Shown here piece after piece: positions 44,669 to 54,113 of a stretch of 64,000 nucleotides of DNA. A model generated the notes under the pieces. The model had not been told where the DNA came from. It saw only the letters and a program-made list of their open reading frames with translations, and did not search any database. The DNA lies in NCBI GenBank assembly GCA_039588295.1, contig JBDHAB010000001.1, positions 224,001 through 288,000 of the forward strand, written 5' to 3'. The stretch is from Gemmatimonadota bacterium (lineage in GTDB: Bacteria > Gemmatimonadota > Gemmatimonadetes > Gemmatimonadales > GWC2-71-9). The position numbers were made by a program, and so were the translations under genes. The first letter of the stretch is position 1. Each line of letters opens with the position of its first letter.

Positions 44669-45823
44669 ATGACCGACACCTACCGCCACATCGAGACCAA
44701 GCTCATCCATGCCGGCGAGCCCGACCCTCGCATCGGGGGTGCCGTGAGCATGCCGATCTTTCAATCCGCCATGTTCGAGTACGCGGGCGAGACGAGCTAC
44801 CACGACATCAAGTACATCCGGCTCAACAACACGCCCAATCACGTCGTGCTGCATGACAAGCTGGCCGCCTTGGAGAACGCCGACGCGGCATTGGTCGCGT
44901 CCAGTGGCATGGCGGCTATCTCGACAGCGCTGCTCACGATCTTGGCATCGGGCGACCACCTCCTCGCACAAAACTGTCTCTACGGCGGCACGCACGACCT
45001 CGTGACCAAGGACCTGGGGGCGTTCGGTATCTCGCATGACTTCTTCGACGCGAGCAAGCCCGAATCGTGGGAGGATCAACTGCGGCCGACCACCAAGCTG
45101 CTGTATGTCGAGACCATAGCGAATCCGCTGATGGACGTGCCGGACCTCAAAGCCGTCGTGGAGTTCGCGAAGCAGCATGGGCTGGTCACATTGATCGACA
45201 ACACGTTCGCGAGCCCGGTCAACTTCCGCCCGGCCGAGTGGGGCTTCGACCTCTCGCTCCACAGCGGCACCAAGTACCTGAACGGCCACTCCGACCTGGT
45301 AGCTGGCGCGGTGATCGGACGAGACGACTTGATCGCCGCAGTCACCCACAAGCTCAATCATCTGGGAGGCACGCTCGACCCGCATGCCTGCTTCTTGCTC
45401 CATCGCGGCGTCAAGACGCTCGCTGTCCGGGTCGAGCACCAGAACCGGAGCGCGCTCGCCATCGCGTCCTTCCTGGAACAGCACCGTGCGATTCGCCAGG
45501 TCAACTACCCGGGGCTCGAGCGTCACCCTGGGCACACGGTCGCCCGCGAGATGTTCGACGGGTACGGGGGGATGCTGAGTTTCGAGCTCGACGGCGGGGT
45601 TGCAGCCGCGGAGCAGCTCATGCAGAGAGCGCGGCTGCCGGTGATCGCACCGAGCCTGGGTGGGGTGGAGACACTTCTTACCAGACCGGCAACGACCTCA
45701 CACTCCGGTCTGAGCCCCAAGGAGCGGGCAAGCGTCGGGATCTCGGACAGCCTCGTTCGCATGTCCGTGGGGATCGAGCACGCCCAGGAGCTGATCGACG
45801 ATCTGGAGCAGGCACTGGCGTAA
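44669..45823 (+). CDS. Cys/Met metabolism PLP enzyme (cystathionine gamma-synthase/lyase family)
   Basis: SSGMAA, YGGT, ETIANP, DNTFA, HSGTKYLNGHSD, SLGGVE. Confidence 0.92.
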   Translation: MTDTYRHIETKLIHAGEPDPRIGGAVSMPIFQSAMFEYAGETSYHDIKYIRLNNTPNHVVLHDKLAALENADAALVASSGMAAISTALLTILASGDHLLAQNCLYGGTHDLVTKDLGAFGISHDFFDASKPESWEDQLRPTTKLLYVETIANPLMDVPDLKAVVEFAKQHGLVTLIDNTFASPVNFRPAEWGFDLSLHSGTKYLNGHSDLVAGAVIGRDDLIAAVTHKLNHLGGTLDPHACFLLHRGVKTLAVRVEHQNRSALAIASFLEQHRAIRQVNYPGLERHPGHTVAREMFDGYGGMLSFELDGGVAAAEQLMQRARLPVIAPSLGGVETLLTRPATTSHSGLSPKERASVGISDSLVRMSVGIEHAQELIDDLEQALA

Positions 45824-45850
45824 CCTGAGCCCAGGCATCGGGCAGAGCTG

Positions 45851-45985
45851 TGGCCGAAATCTTGCAAACCGTGTGCAGTGGAGCCGTCTTCTGGCCTGGG
45901 AGCTGACGAATCCTGCAAAAGTGTCGCTGATATTCTGCAGAAAGTGCGGGAAATCCTTGACACCGTGGCGGCCCCCAGCTAAGGT
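45851..45985 (+). promoter_or_regulatory. glnA regulatory region: sigma54-like and sigma70-like promoters
   Basis: TGGCCGAAATCTTGCA (GG-N10-GC) at 45851-45866; TTGACA-17-TAAGGT at 45957-45985. Confidence 0.55.
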
Positions 45986-46052
45986 TCCGGCCCGCTCACG
46001 GCTGCCGTGAGCCACTCAAGAAGACCTCGAGCCACCCGTAAGGAGCCGACCC

Positions 46053-47456
46053 GTGCCGCCGCGCAAGAGCCTGACCCTCCCCGCCCGTGGAGCCAAGCCC
46101 CCGATCCGCAGCGGAAACTTCGACACGACCGGGGTCAACGCCCGTGATATCCTCAAGCTCACCAAGGAATTCGAAGTCGACTTCCTGCGCCTCCAGTTCA
46201 CCGACATCACAGGCATCAACAAGAACGTGGAAGTGCCGCAGAGCCAGTTCCAAAAAGCCCTGGACGGCGAGATCATGTTCGACGGCTCCTCGATCGAAGG
46301 GTTCGTTCGCATCGAGGAAAGCGACATGATCCTCAAGCCGGATCTCGAGAGCTTCAAGATCTTCCCATACGACGATGAAGGTGGGCGCGTCGCTCGGCTC
46401 ATCTGCGATATCTACAACCCCGACGAAACACCCTTTCCCGGCTGCCCCCGGATGGCACTCAAACGCCAGGTCGAGCGCGCGAAGAAGCTCGGGTATGAGA
46501 TGATGGCGGGAGTGGAGGCTGAGTTCTTCATCTTCCACCAAGATGAGCATGGGTTCCCGACGCTCGAGACCCATGACGAGGGTGGGTACTTCGACCTCGC
46601 ACCGGTCGACAAGGCGGAGCCGATCCGGCGTCTCATCATCCACGATCTCGTCGACCTCGGCTTCGAGGTGGAGGCCGGCCACCACGAGGTCGCCGAAGGC
46701 CAGCACGAGGTCGATTTCAGGTACGCGAGCGCCCTGGTCACCGCGGACAACCTCGCGACGTTCAAGTTCATCGTGCGGAACATCGCGTACCGCCACGGGT
46801 TCATCGCTACGTTCATGCCCAAGCCGGTCTTCGGACAGAACGGCTCAGGCATGCACACACACCAATCGCTGTTCAAGAAAGAGAAGAACGCCTTCCACGA
46901 CCCGAAAGCGGAATGGGAGCTGTCACCGGTTGGACTTGCCTACGTCGCCGGTCTCCTCAAGCATGCTCGTGGATTTTGCGCGATCACCAACCCGCTGGTG
47001 AACAGCTACAAGCGCTTGGTGCCCGGCTACGAAGCGCCGGTGAACGTCGCGTGGAGCATGCGCAACCGATCACCCCTGGTGCGGATTCCGGAACGGCGCG
47101 GGCATGGGACGCGATGCGAGCTGCGGATGCCGGATCCCTCGTCGAACCCGTACCTGTCGTTGACGGTGCAACTGGCCTCGGGGCTCGACGGAGTCGAGAA
47201 CAAGCTGACACCGCCGGATCCGGTGAACAAGAACATCTTCATCATGAGCCAGCGCGAGCGGCGGCGGTACCGGATCGACGAGCTTCCGAGAGACCTCCAC
47301 GAAGCGTTGGACTATCTCGAAAAGGATGCAGTCATTCGCGATGCTCTGGGAAGTCATATCTACAACATGTTCCTGGAGGCGAAGCGCGCGGAATGGAAGG
47401 AGTACACCAGTCAGGTGAGCGGGTGGGAGGTCGATCGGTACCTCGGGCAGTATTGA
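46053..47456 (+). CDS. glnA: Glutamine synthetase type I (I-alpha)
   Basis: FDGSSIEG, HHEVA.GQHE, FMPKP..GQNGSGMH, SYKRLVPGYEAP, NRSPLVRIP, ELRMPD..NPYL. Confidence 0.97.
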   Translation: MPPRKSLTLPARGAKPPIRSGNFDTTGVNARDILKLTKEFEVDFLRLQFTDITGINKNVEVPQSQFQKALDGEIMFDGSSIEGFVRIEESDMILKPDLESFKIFPYDDEGGRVARLICDIYNPDETPFPGCPRMALKRQVERAKKLGYEMMAGVEAEFFIFHQDEHGFPTLETHDEGGYFDLAPVDKAEPIRRLIIHDLVDLGFEVEAGHHEVAEGQHEVDFRYASALVTADNLATFKFIVRNIAYRHGFIATFMPKPVFGQNGSGMHTHQSLFKKEKNAFHDPKAEWELSPVGLAYVAGLLKHARGFCAITNPLVNSYKRLVPGYEAPVNVAWSMRNRSPLVRIPERRGHGTRCELRMPDPSSNPYLSLTVQLASGLDGVENKLTPPDPVNKNIFIMSQRERRRYRIDELPRDLHEALDYLEKDAVIRDALGSHIYNMFLEAKRAEWKEYTSQVSGWEVDRYLGQY

Positions 47457-47557
47457 TCGATACCGTGGTCTGATCGAGGTTGGGAAATCCCCGGTGTCGG
47501 AGCCGCTTCGCGCTCTGCCGCCGGGGATGTTCGCATCCGGCGCCGATGAGCCGGTGG

Positions 47558-47989
47558 CTACTCAGGGGTGCCGCCTGGCGTTGACCATGCCTCGAGAGCC
47601 GCGCGGTCCTCGTCGTTCGGCTTGGAGGAGCGATGGACGAACCGATAGTACCAGAGCGGCATCTTTCCTTCCTCAACTTCCTCCCAGATCTCCTCGATCT
47701 TCTCCCGCTGTTCCTCTTCATCGTACCGGTTCCAGGTGGTGAAGTTGAGGTGCTCCCGTCCCTCGCGCACGTCGTGCGCGACGAGCCAAGAAGCGGGTGC
47801 GACGTAGCTGTACCACGGCCATCGCGTCTCGTTCGAGTGGCAGTCGTAGCATGAGCGTTCCAGGATCGCCCGCACGTTCGCGGGCGCTGCCGGCTCCTGT
47901 TCGACAGGAGGATTGCTGCGGTCGACGGGTATGAGTTGGATCAAGGTGAGCAAGGCCGCGAGGCCACCGAGAACGAGTCGTGTTCGCAT
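47558..47989 (-). CDS. Haem-binding domain protein (c-type cytochrome)
   Basis: CYDCH CxxCH, WPWYS..AP.SW, LNF..W, MPL..Y..H. Confidence 0.88.
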   Translation of the reverse strand: MRTRLVLGGLAALLTLIQLIPVDRSNPPVEQEPAAPANVRAILERSCYDCHSNETRWPWYSYVAPASWLVAHDVREGREHLNFTTWNRYDEEEQREKIEEIWEEVEEGKMPLWYYRFVHRSSKPNDEDRAALEAWSTPGGTPE

Positions 47990-48129
47990 GCGCGGATTGT
48001 AACGTTTGTACCGGCGATGGTGAAGCTGACGGTGTCGAGGGGTCGGTGCCCTCCTGCGGGCCGAGGCTGATCAAGGCCGCTAGCTTGCCCCATGCGGACT
48101 TGGTCGACGGTGCCCCGTGCCATGGAGAC

Positions 48130-51100
48130 TTACGTCGAGTGGGCTCTTCTCAGGTAGGCGATGACGTTGTGATACTCGTCGTGCACCTGTGAACAGAGTT
48201 CGGCAGCCTCCTCGATTTCGCCGGACTCTCCTGCGGCCTCCGTTTGCTTGAGCAGGGCTGCCAGGTGCTGTGCGCGCACCGTGCCCGCCGCCGATTTGAA
48301 CGCGTGTGCTGCAGCCCGGATCTCGTGCGCATGTTGAGCCTGCACTGCCTTTTCGAGATCACTTAACCGCCCCGGGGCGTCTTCCAGGAACACGTCGAGA
48401 ATGTTCTCGACGGAATCCTCGATGCCGGCATCCCGCATCTCCTGCCGGAATCCGACGAGGTCGACTGGCGCGGTCGTCACGGTCGGCGCCGCTGGCTCCT
48501 CCGACTCCGGAGTCTGCGCGCCAAGGCCCTCGACAACCTGCAGCAGGTCCTGAGGCTTGAACGGCTTCGCCAGGTGCTCGGTCATCCCTCCAGCAAGGAA
48601 GCGCTCCCGCTCGTCCAGCGTGGCATGCGCGGTCATGGCGATGATCGGCAGGTCGGCGTGCGCGGGGTCGCGCCGTATGTGCGACGTCGCGGTGAGACCG
48701 TCCATTTCGGGCATCTGGATATCCATCAGCACGGCGTCGTAGCGGGTGCGCTCGACGGCCTCGACCGCCAGGCGACCGTTCTCGACCACATCCACCGTGT
48801 GGCCCCGCTTCTGCAGGATCGTCATGGCGACTTGTTGATTGACGACGTTGTCCTCGGCCAGGAGGATCCGCAGGTGGCGGCGCGCTTCCGCCATTGAGTG
48901 GCGTGTGATCAGGGTATCGCCCGCCACATGCTCTTGGCCCGTGATCACTGCCGCTACGCTTTCAATCAGTTCCGAGCGTGATACGGGCTTCGTGAGATAC
49001 GCGCGGATGCCAAGCTGTCGACATCGCTGCCCATCCCCGCGCTGGCCGGCCGAAGTGAGCATCATGATTCGTGTCTCGGCCAGTTGAACGTCGTTCTTCA
49101 TGACCGAGGCGAGTTCGAATCCGTCCCGTCCCGGCATCCATCCGTCGATGATCGCCAACTCGTAGGGTCGACCCGCGTGCTTGCTGCGGTAGAGATGCTC
49201 GAGCGCCTCATCGGAGTTGCCGGCTTCATGAATCAAGGCCCCGGCCGGGCTGAGGAGCCCGCCCACGATGCGGCGATTCGTGGGGTTGTCGTCCACCACG
49301 AGCGTGCGCATACCCTCGAACGAGACCTCCGACAGGCCTGGGATTGCTGCGGGCTTCGTGGACTCGACCGGAAACGGTACGGTGAAGAAGAAGGTCGTTC
49401 CTTTGTCCACCTCGCTCTCCACCTGGAGCTTACCGCCCATGAGGGCGACGAGTTGCCGGGAGATCGTGAGCCCCAAGCCCGTGCCGCCGTACTTGCGGGC
49501 CGTCGACACGTCAGCCTGTCGGAACTCTTCGAAGATCAACTCGACCTTCTCGGGAGGAATGCCGATTCCCGTGTCGCGCACGGCGAACCGTAGAAGGGCC
49601 TCGCTGTCGCGCGTCGCCTCCTGCGATACGGTCACCTCCACCTCGCCTTGGTGGGTGAACTTGATTGCGTTGCCGATCAGGTTGGTCAACACCTGCCGCA
49701 GCCGACTCGGGTCGCCGCGCACCTGCGTCGGGACGTCCGGTCGGACGTCGTAGGCGATCTCCACATGGCGTTCGAAAGCCCGAACGGCCAACAACCGAAC
49801 CGTGGAGTCCACGAGCCGGGTGACGTCGAACGCGGTCTGGTCGAGCTGGAGGTTGCCCGTCTCGATCTTTGAGAAGTCGAGAATATCGTTGAGGATTCGC
49901 AGCAACGATTCGGCCGAAACCCGGATCAGCTCCACCCAGCGTTGTTGCTCCGGGTTGAGCTCGGTTTCGACCAGGAGGTCCACCATGCCGAGCACGCCGT
50001 TCATCGGCGTGCGGATCTCGTGGCTCATGGTAGCGAGGAATCCGGCCTTCGCCTGCGTCGCCTGCTCGGCCTGTTCACGAGCCGCCTGGAGCGCCTCCGT
50101 GACGGCGGCGCGCTCGGTCACGTCTCGTGCCGTGCCGTGGGCGCCCACCACGGCGCCGGTGGCATCCAACATGGGCTTGGCGGCAAAGCTCAGGTGTTTG
50201 CGTTGGCCGGCCGCGTCCAAATGAATCGTTTCGTAGTCGGTCAACACCGCGCCTTCGAGCACACGCCGGAACGTCTCGAGATCGCTTTCCCGGTGTGCCG
50301 GATTCACCATGTTGGCGAACGGCTTCCCGACCAGCTGGTTCACGGACAGGCCGTAAATGCGCTGGCAGGCTGCGTTCAGAAACGTCCACGTCCCTTGCGC
50401 GTCGACCTGCCAGACGAGATCGGACGCCGACTCCACCAACTCCCGATACTGTTGCTCCGCGTCCCGCAGCGCCCGCTCCGCCTGCTTCATCTCAGTGACG
50501 TCGTCGAACAGGACGATCGTGGTGCCCTCGGGGTCGTCCTCCACGCGTGCCGCGGCAATCCGGACCGGGACGAGGGTGCGGTCCTTCCGCAGCCTGTCTG
50601 CCTCGACGACGACGGTCTCCCCTGCTCTCGTCTGTGCGTGTCGTCCGCGCGCCGCTTCTTGCTCCGCAGCGGGGACGACCAGCTCGATCAGGTCCTTGCC
50701 GTGCACTTCGTGTCTCGAGTAGCCGAACAGGTGCTCGAAGCCAGGATTCACACCTCGAATGGTGCCGCCCTCGTCGATAGTCACGATGCCACTTGGCACA
50801 CTGGCTAGGAGGGCGTCGAGGAATCCCTGTTCCCGCGTGACACTTCGCTCTCTGAGTTCGAGCCGCTTGGCCGACCGGACGTTGGTCGCCAGGAGGGCGT
50901 GCGACCGCTGGTAGAGAATCACCATGGTGCCGGTGAACAGGGCAAGGAGCACGACCGCCACTAATTGAGGACGGTCGGTCCCCGAGAAGAGGATCCCAAG
51001 AGAGAGTGGAGCGACGACGGCGGCCGTGTACCAATAGAAGCTTCGCTGGTCGGCGACCAAGGTCGCCGTGGCGCCCGCCACCAGGCCGCTGAAAATGACC

Positions 51101-51534
51101 ATCATGAGCGCGACGTCGGGAAACGGAAGGCTGGGAGCCACGACAGCCGCCCCCGAGCCCCACGCCAGCCCATGCACGAGCACGGAGCGGCGCATGGACG
51201 TTCGTACGTAGTCCGGTGTGTCGAGGTGCCGGGCGAGCCGCTGCCGTACGAGGCCCGCTACCACCGTTGCCCACACGACGACCACGAGCCAGAGCACCAA
51301 GGCGAGGGTCGGGACTGTGCCCCATCCAACCACCGCGATGATGCTGGCAAGCAGCATGTGTGCGAGTTCCGCAGTCGGTCCGGCCGCGATCAGTTGTTCG
51401 GCCAAGACCCTCCCTACCTGGTGCTCGACAGCCTCCATCGTCGCCTTGTGTGCGAGCTCGTCGATCTCCGGCAGGAAGGCGGAGCGTCGCGGACGGCTAC
51501 CCGGTTCGGATGGCCGTGCAGTCTGTTCGCTCAT
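48130..51534 (-). CDS. Hybrid sensor kinase (TM - PAS - PAS - HisKA - HATPase - REC - REC - Hpt)
   Basis: SHEIRTPMNG, NLIGNAIKFT, DTGIG, GGTGLGL, two receivers, AAHAFKSAA Hpt. Confidence 0.95.
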   Translation of the reverse strand: MSEQTARPSEPGSRPRRSAFLPEIDELAHKATMEAVEHQVGRVLAEQLIAAGPTAELAHMLLASIIAVVGWGTVPTLALVLWLVVVVWATVVAGLVRQRLARHLDTPDYVRTSMRRSVLVHGLAWGSGAAVVAPSLPFPDVALMMVIFSGLVAGATATLVADQRSFYWYTAAVVAPLSLGILFSGTDRPQLVAVVLLALFTGTMVILYQRSHALLATNVRSAKRLELRERSVTREQGFLDALLASVPSGIVTIDEGGTIRGVNPGFEHLFGYSRHEVHGKDLIELVVPAAEQEAARGRHAQTRAGETVVVEADRLRKDRTLVPVRIAAARVEDDPEGTTIVLFDDVTEMKQAERALRDAEQQYRELVESASDLVWQVDAQGTWTFLNAACQRIYGLSVNQLVGKPFANMVNPAHRESDLETFRRVLEGAVLTDYETIHLDAAGQRKHLSFAAKPMLDATGAVVGAHGTARDVTERAAVTEALQAAREQAEQATQAKAGFLATMSHEIRTPMNGVLGMVDLLVETELNPEQQRWVELIRVSAESLLRILNDILDFSKIETGNLQLDQTAFDVTRLVDSTVRLLAVRAFERHVEIAYDVRPDVPTQVRGDPSRLRQVLTNLIGNAIKFTHQGEVEVTVSQEATRDSEALLRFAVRDTGIGIPPEKVELIFEEFRQADVSTARKYGGTGLGLTISRQLVALMGGKLQVESEVDKGTTFFFTVPFPVESTKPAAIPGLSEVSFEGMRTLVVDDNPTNRRIVGGLLSPAGALIHEAGNSDEALEHLYRSKHAGRPYELAIIDGWMPGRDGFELASVMKNDVQLAETRIMMLTSAGQRGDGQRCRQLGIRAYLTKPVSRSELIESVAAVITGQEHVAGDTLITRHSMAEARRHLRILLAEDNVVNQQVAMTILQKRGHTVDVVENGRLAVEAVERTRYDAVLMDIQMPEMDGLTATSHIRRDPAHADLPIIAMTAHATLDERERFLAGGMTEHLAKPFKPQDLLQVVEGLGAQTPESEEPAAPTVTTAPVDLVGFRQEMRDAGIEDSVENILDVFLEDAPGRLSDLEKAVQAQHAHEIRAAAHAFKSAAGTVRAQHLAALLKQTEAAGESGEIEEAAELCSQVHDEYHNVIAYLRRAHST

Positions 51535-51580
51535 CAGCGATCATCCTCACGGTGGTGGCGGCTGCGTGCTTGCCTCAATG

Positions 51581-53008
51581 CTATTGCTGGCCGAAGCCCT
51601 TTCGTGTCATCTCGCCCCACGTGTGCACTCCATGGAGTGCGGAGATCAAGCCCCGCTGACGGAAGAACGAAATAACTTGCCGATACCCGAAGTTCTCGAC
51701 CGCGGCCAGCCCGAAGAGCCGGAGGAGATCGGCCAGCGTCGGGTATCGACGAAAGCTAAGCTCTTCAAGGCCCACGGCCGCGATCGAGAGCACCATCCCG
51801 AACACAAAGGCCGCCATGAAGAACCCGGTGACGTAGAGGGTCGATGCGAGTCCCAAGATCACGGTCAGCGCAAACGCAAAGTAGCCAACGATCTCAACGA
51901 CGGTCCCCAGCGTTTCCAAGAAGAAGAAATAGGGGAAGGCCAGGAGCCCAATGCGCCCGTAACGGGGGTTGAGGAGCATCTTACGATGTCGCAGGAGACT
52001 CTCCGCCATGCCGCGTTGCCAGCGGTCGCGTTGTCGTGCGAGCATGCTGAGCCGCTCGGGGACTTCGGTCCATGCAACGGGATCGGGCACAAACCCGATC
52101 TTGTACGGGATCTTTCGTTCGTGACAGTGTCGATGGAGTCGGACGACGAGCTCCATGTCTTCCCCTACGGTCTCGCCCGAAGTGAAACGCGAGGCATAGC
52201 CACCGGCATCGACGACCGTGCTGCGTCGGAACATCCCAAACGCACCAGAGATGATGAGTGTTGCCTCTGCGGCCGCCCAACCCATACGACCGGCCAAGAA
52301 CGAGCGGAGATATTCGAGGACTTGGAACCGCGCAAAGAGATTCTTTGGGAAACCGACACTTGTTACGAGTCCAGCTTTGACGGTACAACCATTGACGATG
52401 CGGATGATGCCTCCGGTGGCGATGGTAGAAGCCTCCTCCATGAATGGCCGCACGATCCGGGTGAGCGCGTCCCGCTCCACCAGGGTATCGGCGTCCATGG
52501 CGCAAAACAACGGCGTCACACAGTGGTTGATGCCGGCATTCAACGCGTCCGCCTTGCCGCCGTTTTCCTTGTCGATCACCCACAGATTTGGATAGCGTCG
52601 GCTCTGAAGGATCTGACGGACGGCAGCGGTCGGAATACTCGCCGTGGGAAGGCGGGCTGCGGGGACCAGCTCGAACTCCTCTGTTAGGCGCTCGAGCGTC
52701 CGGTCTCGCGAACCGTCGTTGACGACGAGGATCTCAAACTGCGGGTACTCGAGCGTCAGCAGCGATCGTGTGGCCTCAGCGCACGTGTCCTCTTCGTTGT
52801 ATGCCGGTGCAAGAAGGCTCACCGGGGGTACGCCCTCGGAGGTCAGCAGTTCTCCGAGGTCGAGTGTCTTCAGGCGTTGCACGTAGCGTCTGATACTCCG
52901 AAACGCGATGAGACTCATCGCGAGATACACCGTGTTCAGCGCGACGAAATAGGTGAGGACGATGAGGTTGAACACCCCCAGTGCCGCCAATACGAAACCC
53001 TCGATCAT
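51581..53008 (-). CDS. Processive GT2 glycosyltransferase (PgaC/IcaA/YaiP-like)
   Basis: PAYNEE, NDGS.D, KENGGKADALN, DAD, GED, QRDRWQRG (QxxRW), TM helices. Confidence 0.92.
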   Translation of the reverse strand: MIEGFVLAALGVFNLIVLTYFVALNTVYLAMSLIAFRSIRRYVQRLKTLDLGELLTSEGVPPVSLLAPAYNEEDTCAEATRSLLTLEYPQFEILVVNDGSRDRTLERLTEEFELVPAARLPTASIPTAAVRQILQSRRYPNLWVIDKENGGKADALNAGINHCVTPLFCAMDADTLVERDALTRIVRPFMEEASTIATGGIIRIVNGCTVKAGLVTSVGFPKNLFARFQVLEYLRSFLAGRMGWAAAEATLIISGAFGMFRRSTVVDAGGYASRFTSGETVGEDMELVVRLHRHCHERKIPYKIGFVPDPVAWTEVPERLSMLARQRDRWQRGMAESLLRHRKMLLNPRYGRIGLLAFPYFFFLETLGTVVEIVGYFAFALTVILGLASTLYVTGFFMAAFVFGMVLSIAAVGLEELSFRRYPTLADLLRLFGLAAVENFGYRQVISFFRQRGLISALHGVHTWGEMTRKGFGQQ

Positions 53009-54069
53009 TCCCTCACCTCGGCGAGTACCTGCAGTGCCAACGGGGCGCGCTCGTCCTTTGCCGCACCCAACTCCCGTAGCACGGCAAACTGGCCGGCGTC
53101 TCGCAGCGCACGTGCGGCGTGGAGCGCGACCCAGGGCGATTCGTCACGGTACGCGTCGTGGAGGATCTGCATGTCCTCGGATGTGCCAAGACTGCCGAGT
53201 GCGCTCACCGCGCAGGAACGCACGAAGAAGTTGGGTGACGTCGCCAAGCGCCGAATGATCGGGAGATGCTCCGGGCGGCCTACGCGGAGAAGAAGCCGCA
53301 AGACCGCCGCCACGAACTCCTGGTCTGTCTCGGCCTTTAAGGCTTCGGCCGCGAGGTCGGCCGCAGGTACGTCGTTGAGAAAAGCCAGTGCAGTCGTCGC
53401 AACGGCGCGCAGCTGTGGGGGGTGTGACTCATCGCGCAGCGCACGGCGGAGCGCGGGGGCGGCATCGGGCCCGATCCCGGCCAACATGGAGGAGAGGAAG
53501 TAGGGGCTCCAGTTGGTGAAGCGGTGCAGGCGGGCAATGACGGCGTCCGAGTGTTCGGCATACTGGGTCTTTGCGAGCGAGCGGGCCGCAATCATGGCGA
53601 CGAGGGGAGATGGATCATCGAGCGCCTTGACAACAGCCCCAGCGTGCGTTGGAAGCCCAAGCTCCCCAAGTGTCTGGACCGCTCGGGCCCGCCGCTCAGT
53701 GTCACGCAGGTTCGTGTGCTCGGCGATTGGCTCGAGGTAGGGCAGTGCCAGCTCCTGGAGTCGCTCTCGCTCTTCGCCCCTGAGCAGCCGTGTGTACCGC
53801 AGGAGATAGTTGACGAAGTAGAGCTCTTCGTCCGGAGCCACGCGCGAGGTCAGATCCGAAGCCGGCTGTGACCCGATCAACACCTCCAGGATCACGGGCT
53901 CCCACTTCGCCTCTACCTCGGCCCACTTCGCCTCCTCCCGTGTGTTTCGGATACGCAGGACGACCACCGAGATGGCGAAGAGGATGGCAAAGAGAATGAG
54001 AATGCCGATGCCGATGGCCAGGAAGAGGAGGACGCTCTCGCCAAGATCGAGGTTCAGGAGAGACGGTAT
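53005..54069 (-). CDS. HEAT-repeat membrane protein
   Basis: Repeated L.D....VR..AA.AL motifs; an in-frame TM helix upstream of GTG 53967 suggests an ATA start at 54069. Confidence 0.85.
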   Translation of the reverse strand: MPSLLNLDLGESVLLFLAIGIGILILFAILFAISVVVLRIRNTREEAKWAEVEAKWEPVILEVLIGSQPASDLTSRVAPDEELYFVNYLLRYTRLLRGEERERLQELALPYLEPIAEHTNLRDTERRARAVQTLGELGLPTHAGAVVKALDDPSPLVAMIAARSLAKTQYAEHSDAVIARLHRFTNWSPYFLSSMLAGIGPDAAPALRRALRDESHPPQLRAVATTALAFLNDVPAADLAAEALKAETDQEFVAAVLRLLLRVGRPEHLPIIRRLATSPNFFVRSCAVSALGSLGTSEDMQILHDAYRDESPWVALHAARALRDAGQFAVLRELGAAKDERAPLALQVLAEVRE

Positions 54070-54113
54070 GCGCGCCCCCTGTTCAGTGGTGCGCGGGCAC
54101 GGGCGGCGGCACC

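Noticed and set aside
51218..52687. 489-aa + strand ORF
   Set aside because: Shadow of the GT2 and kinase genes
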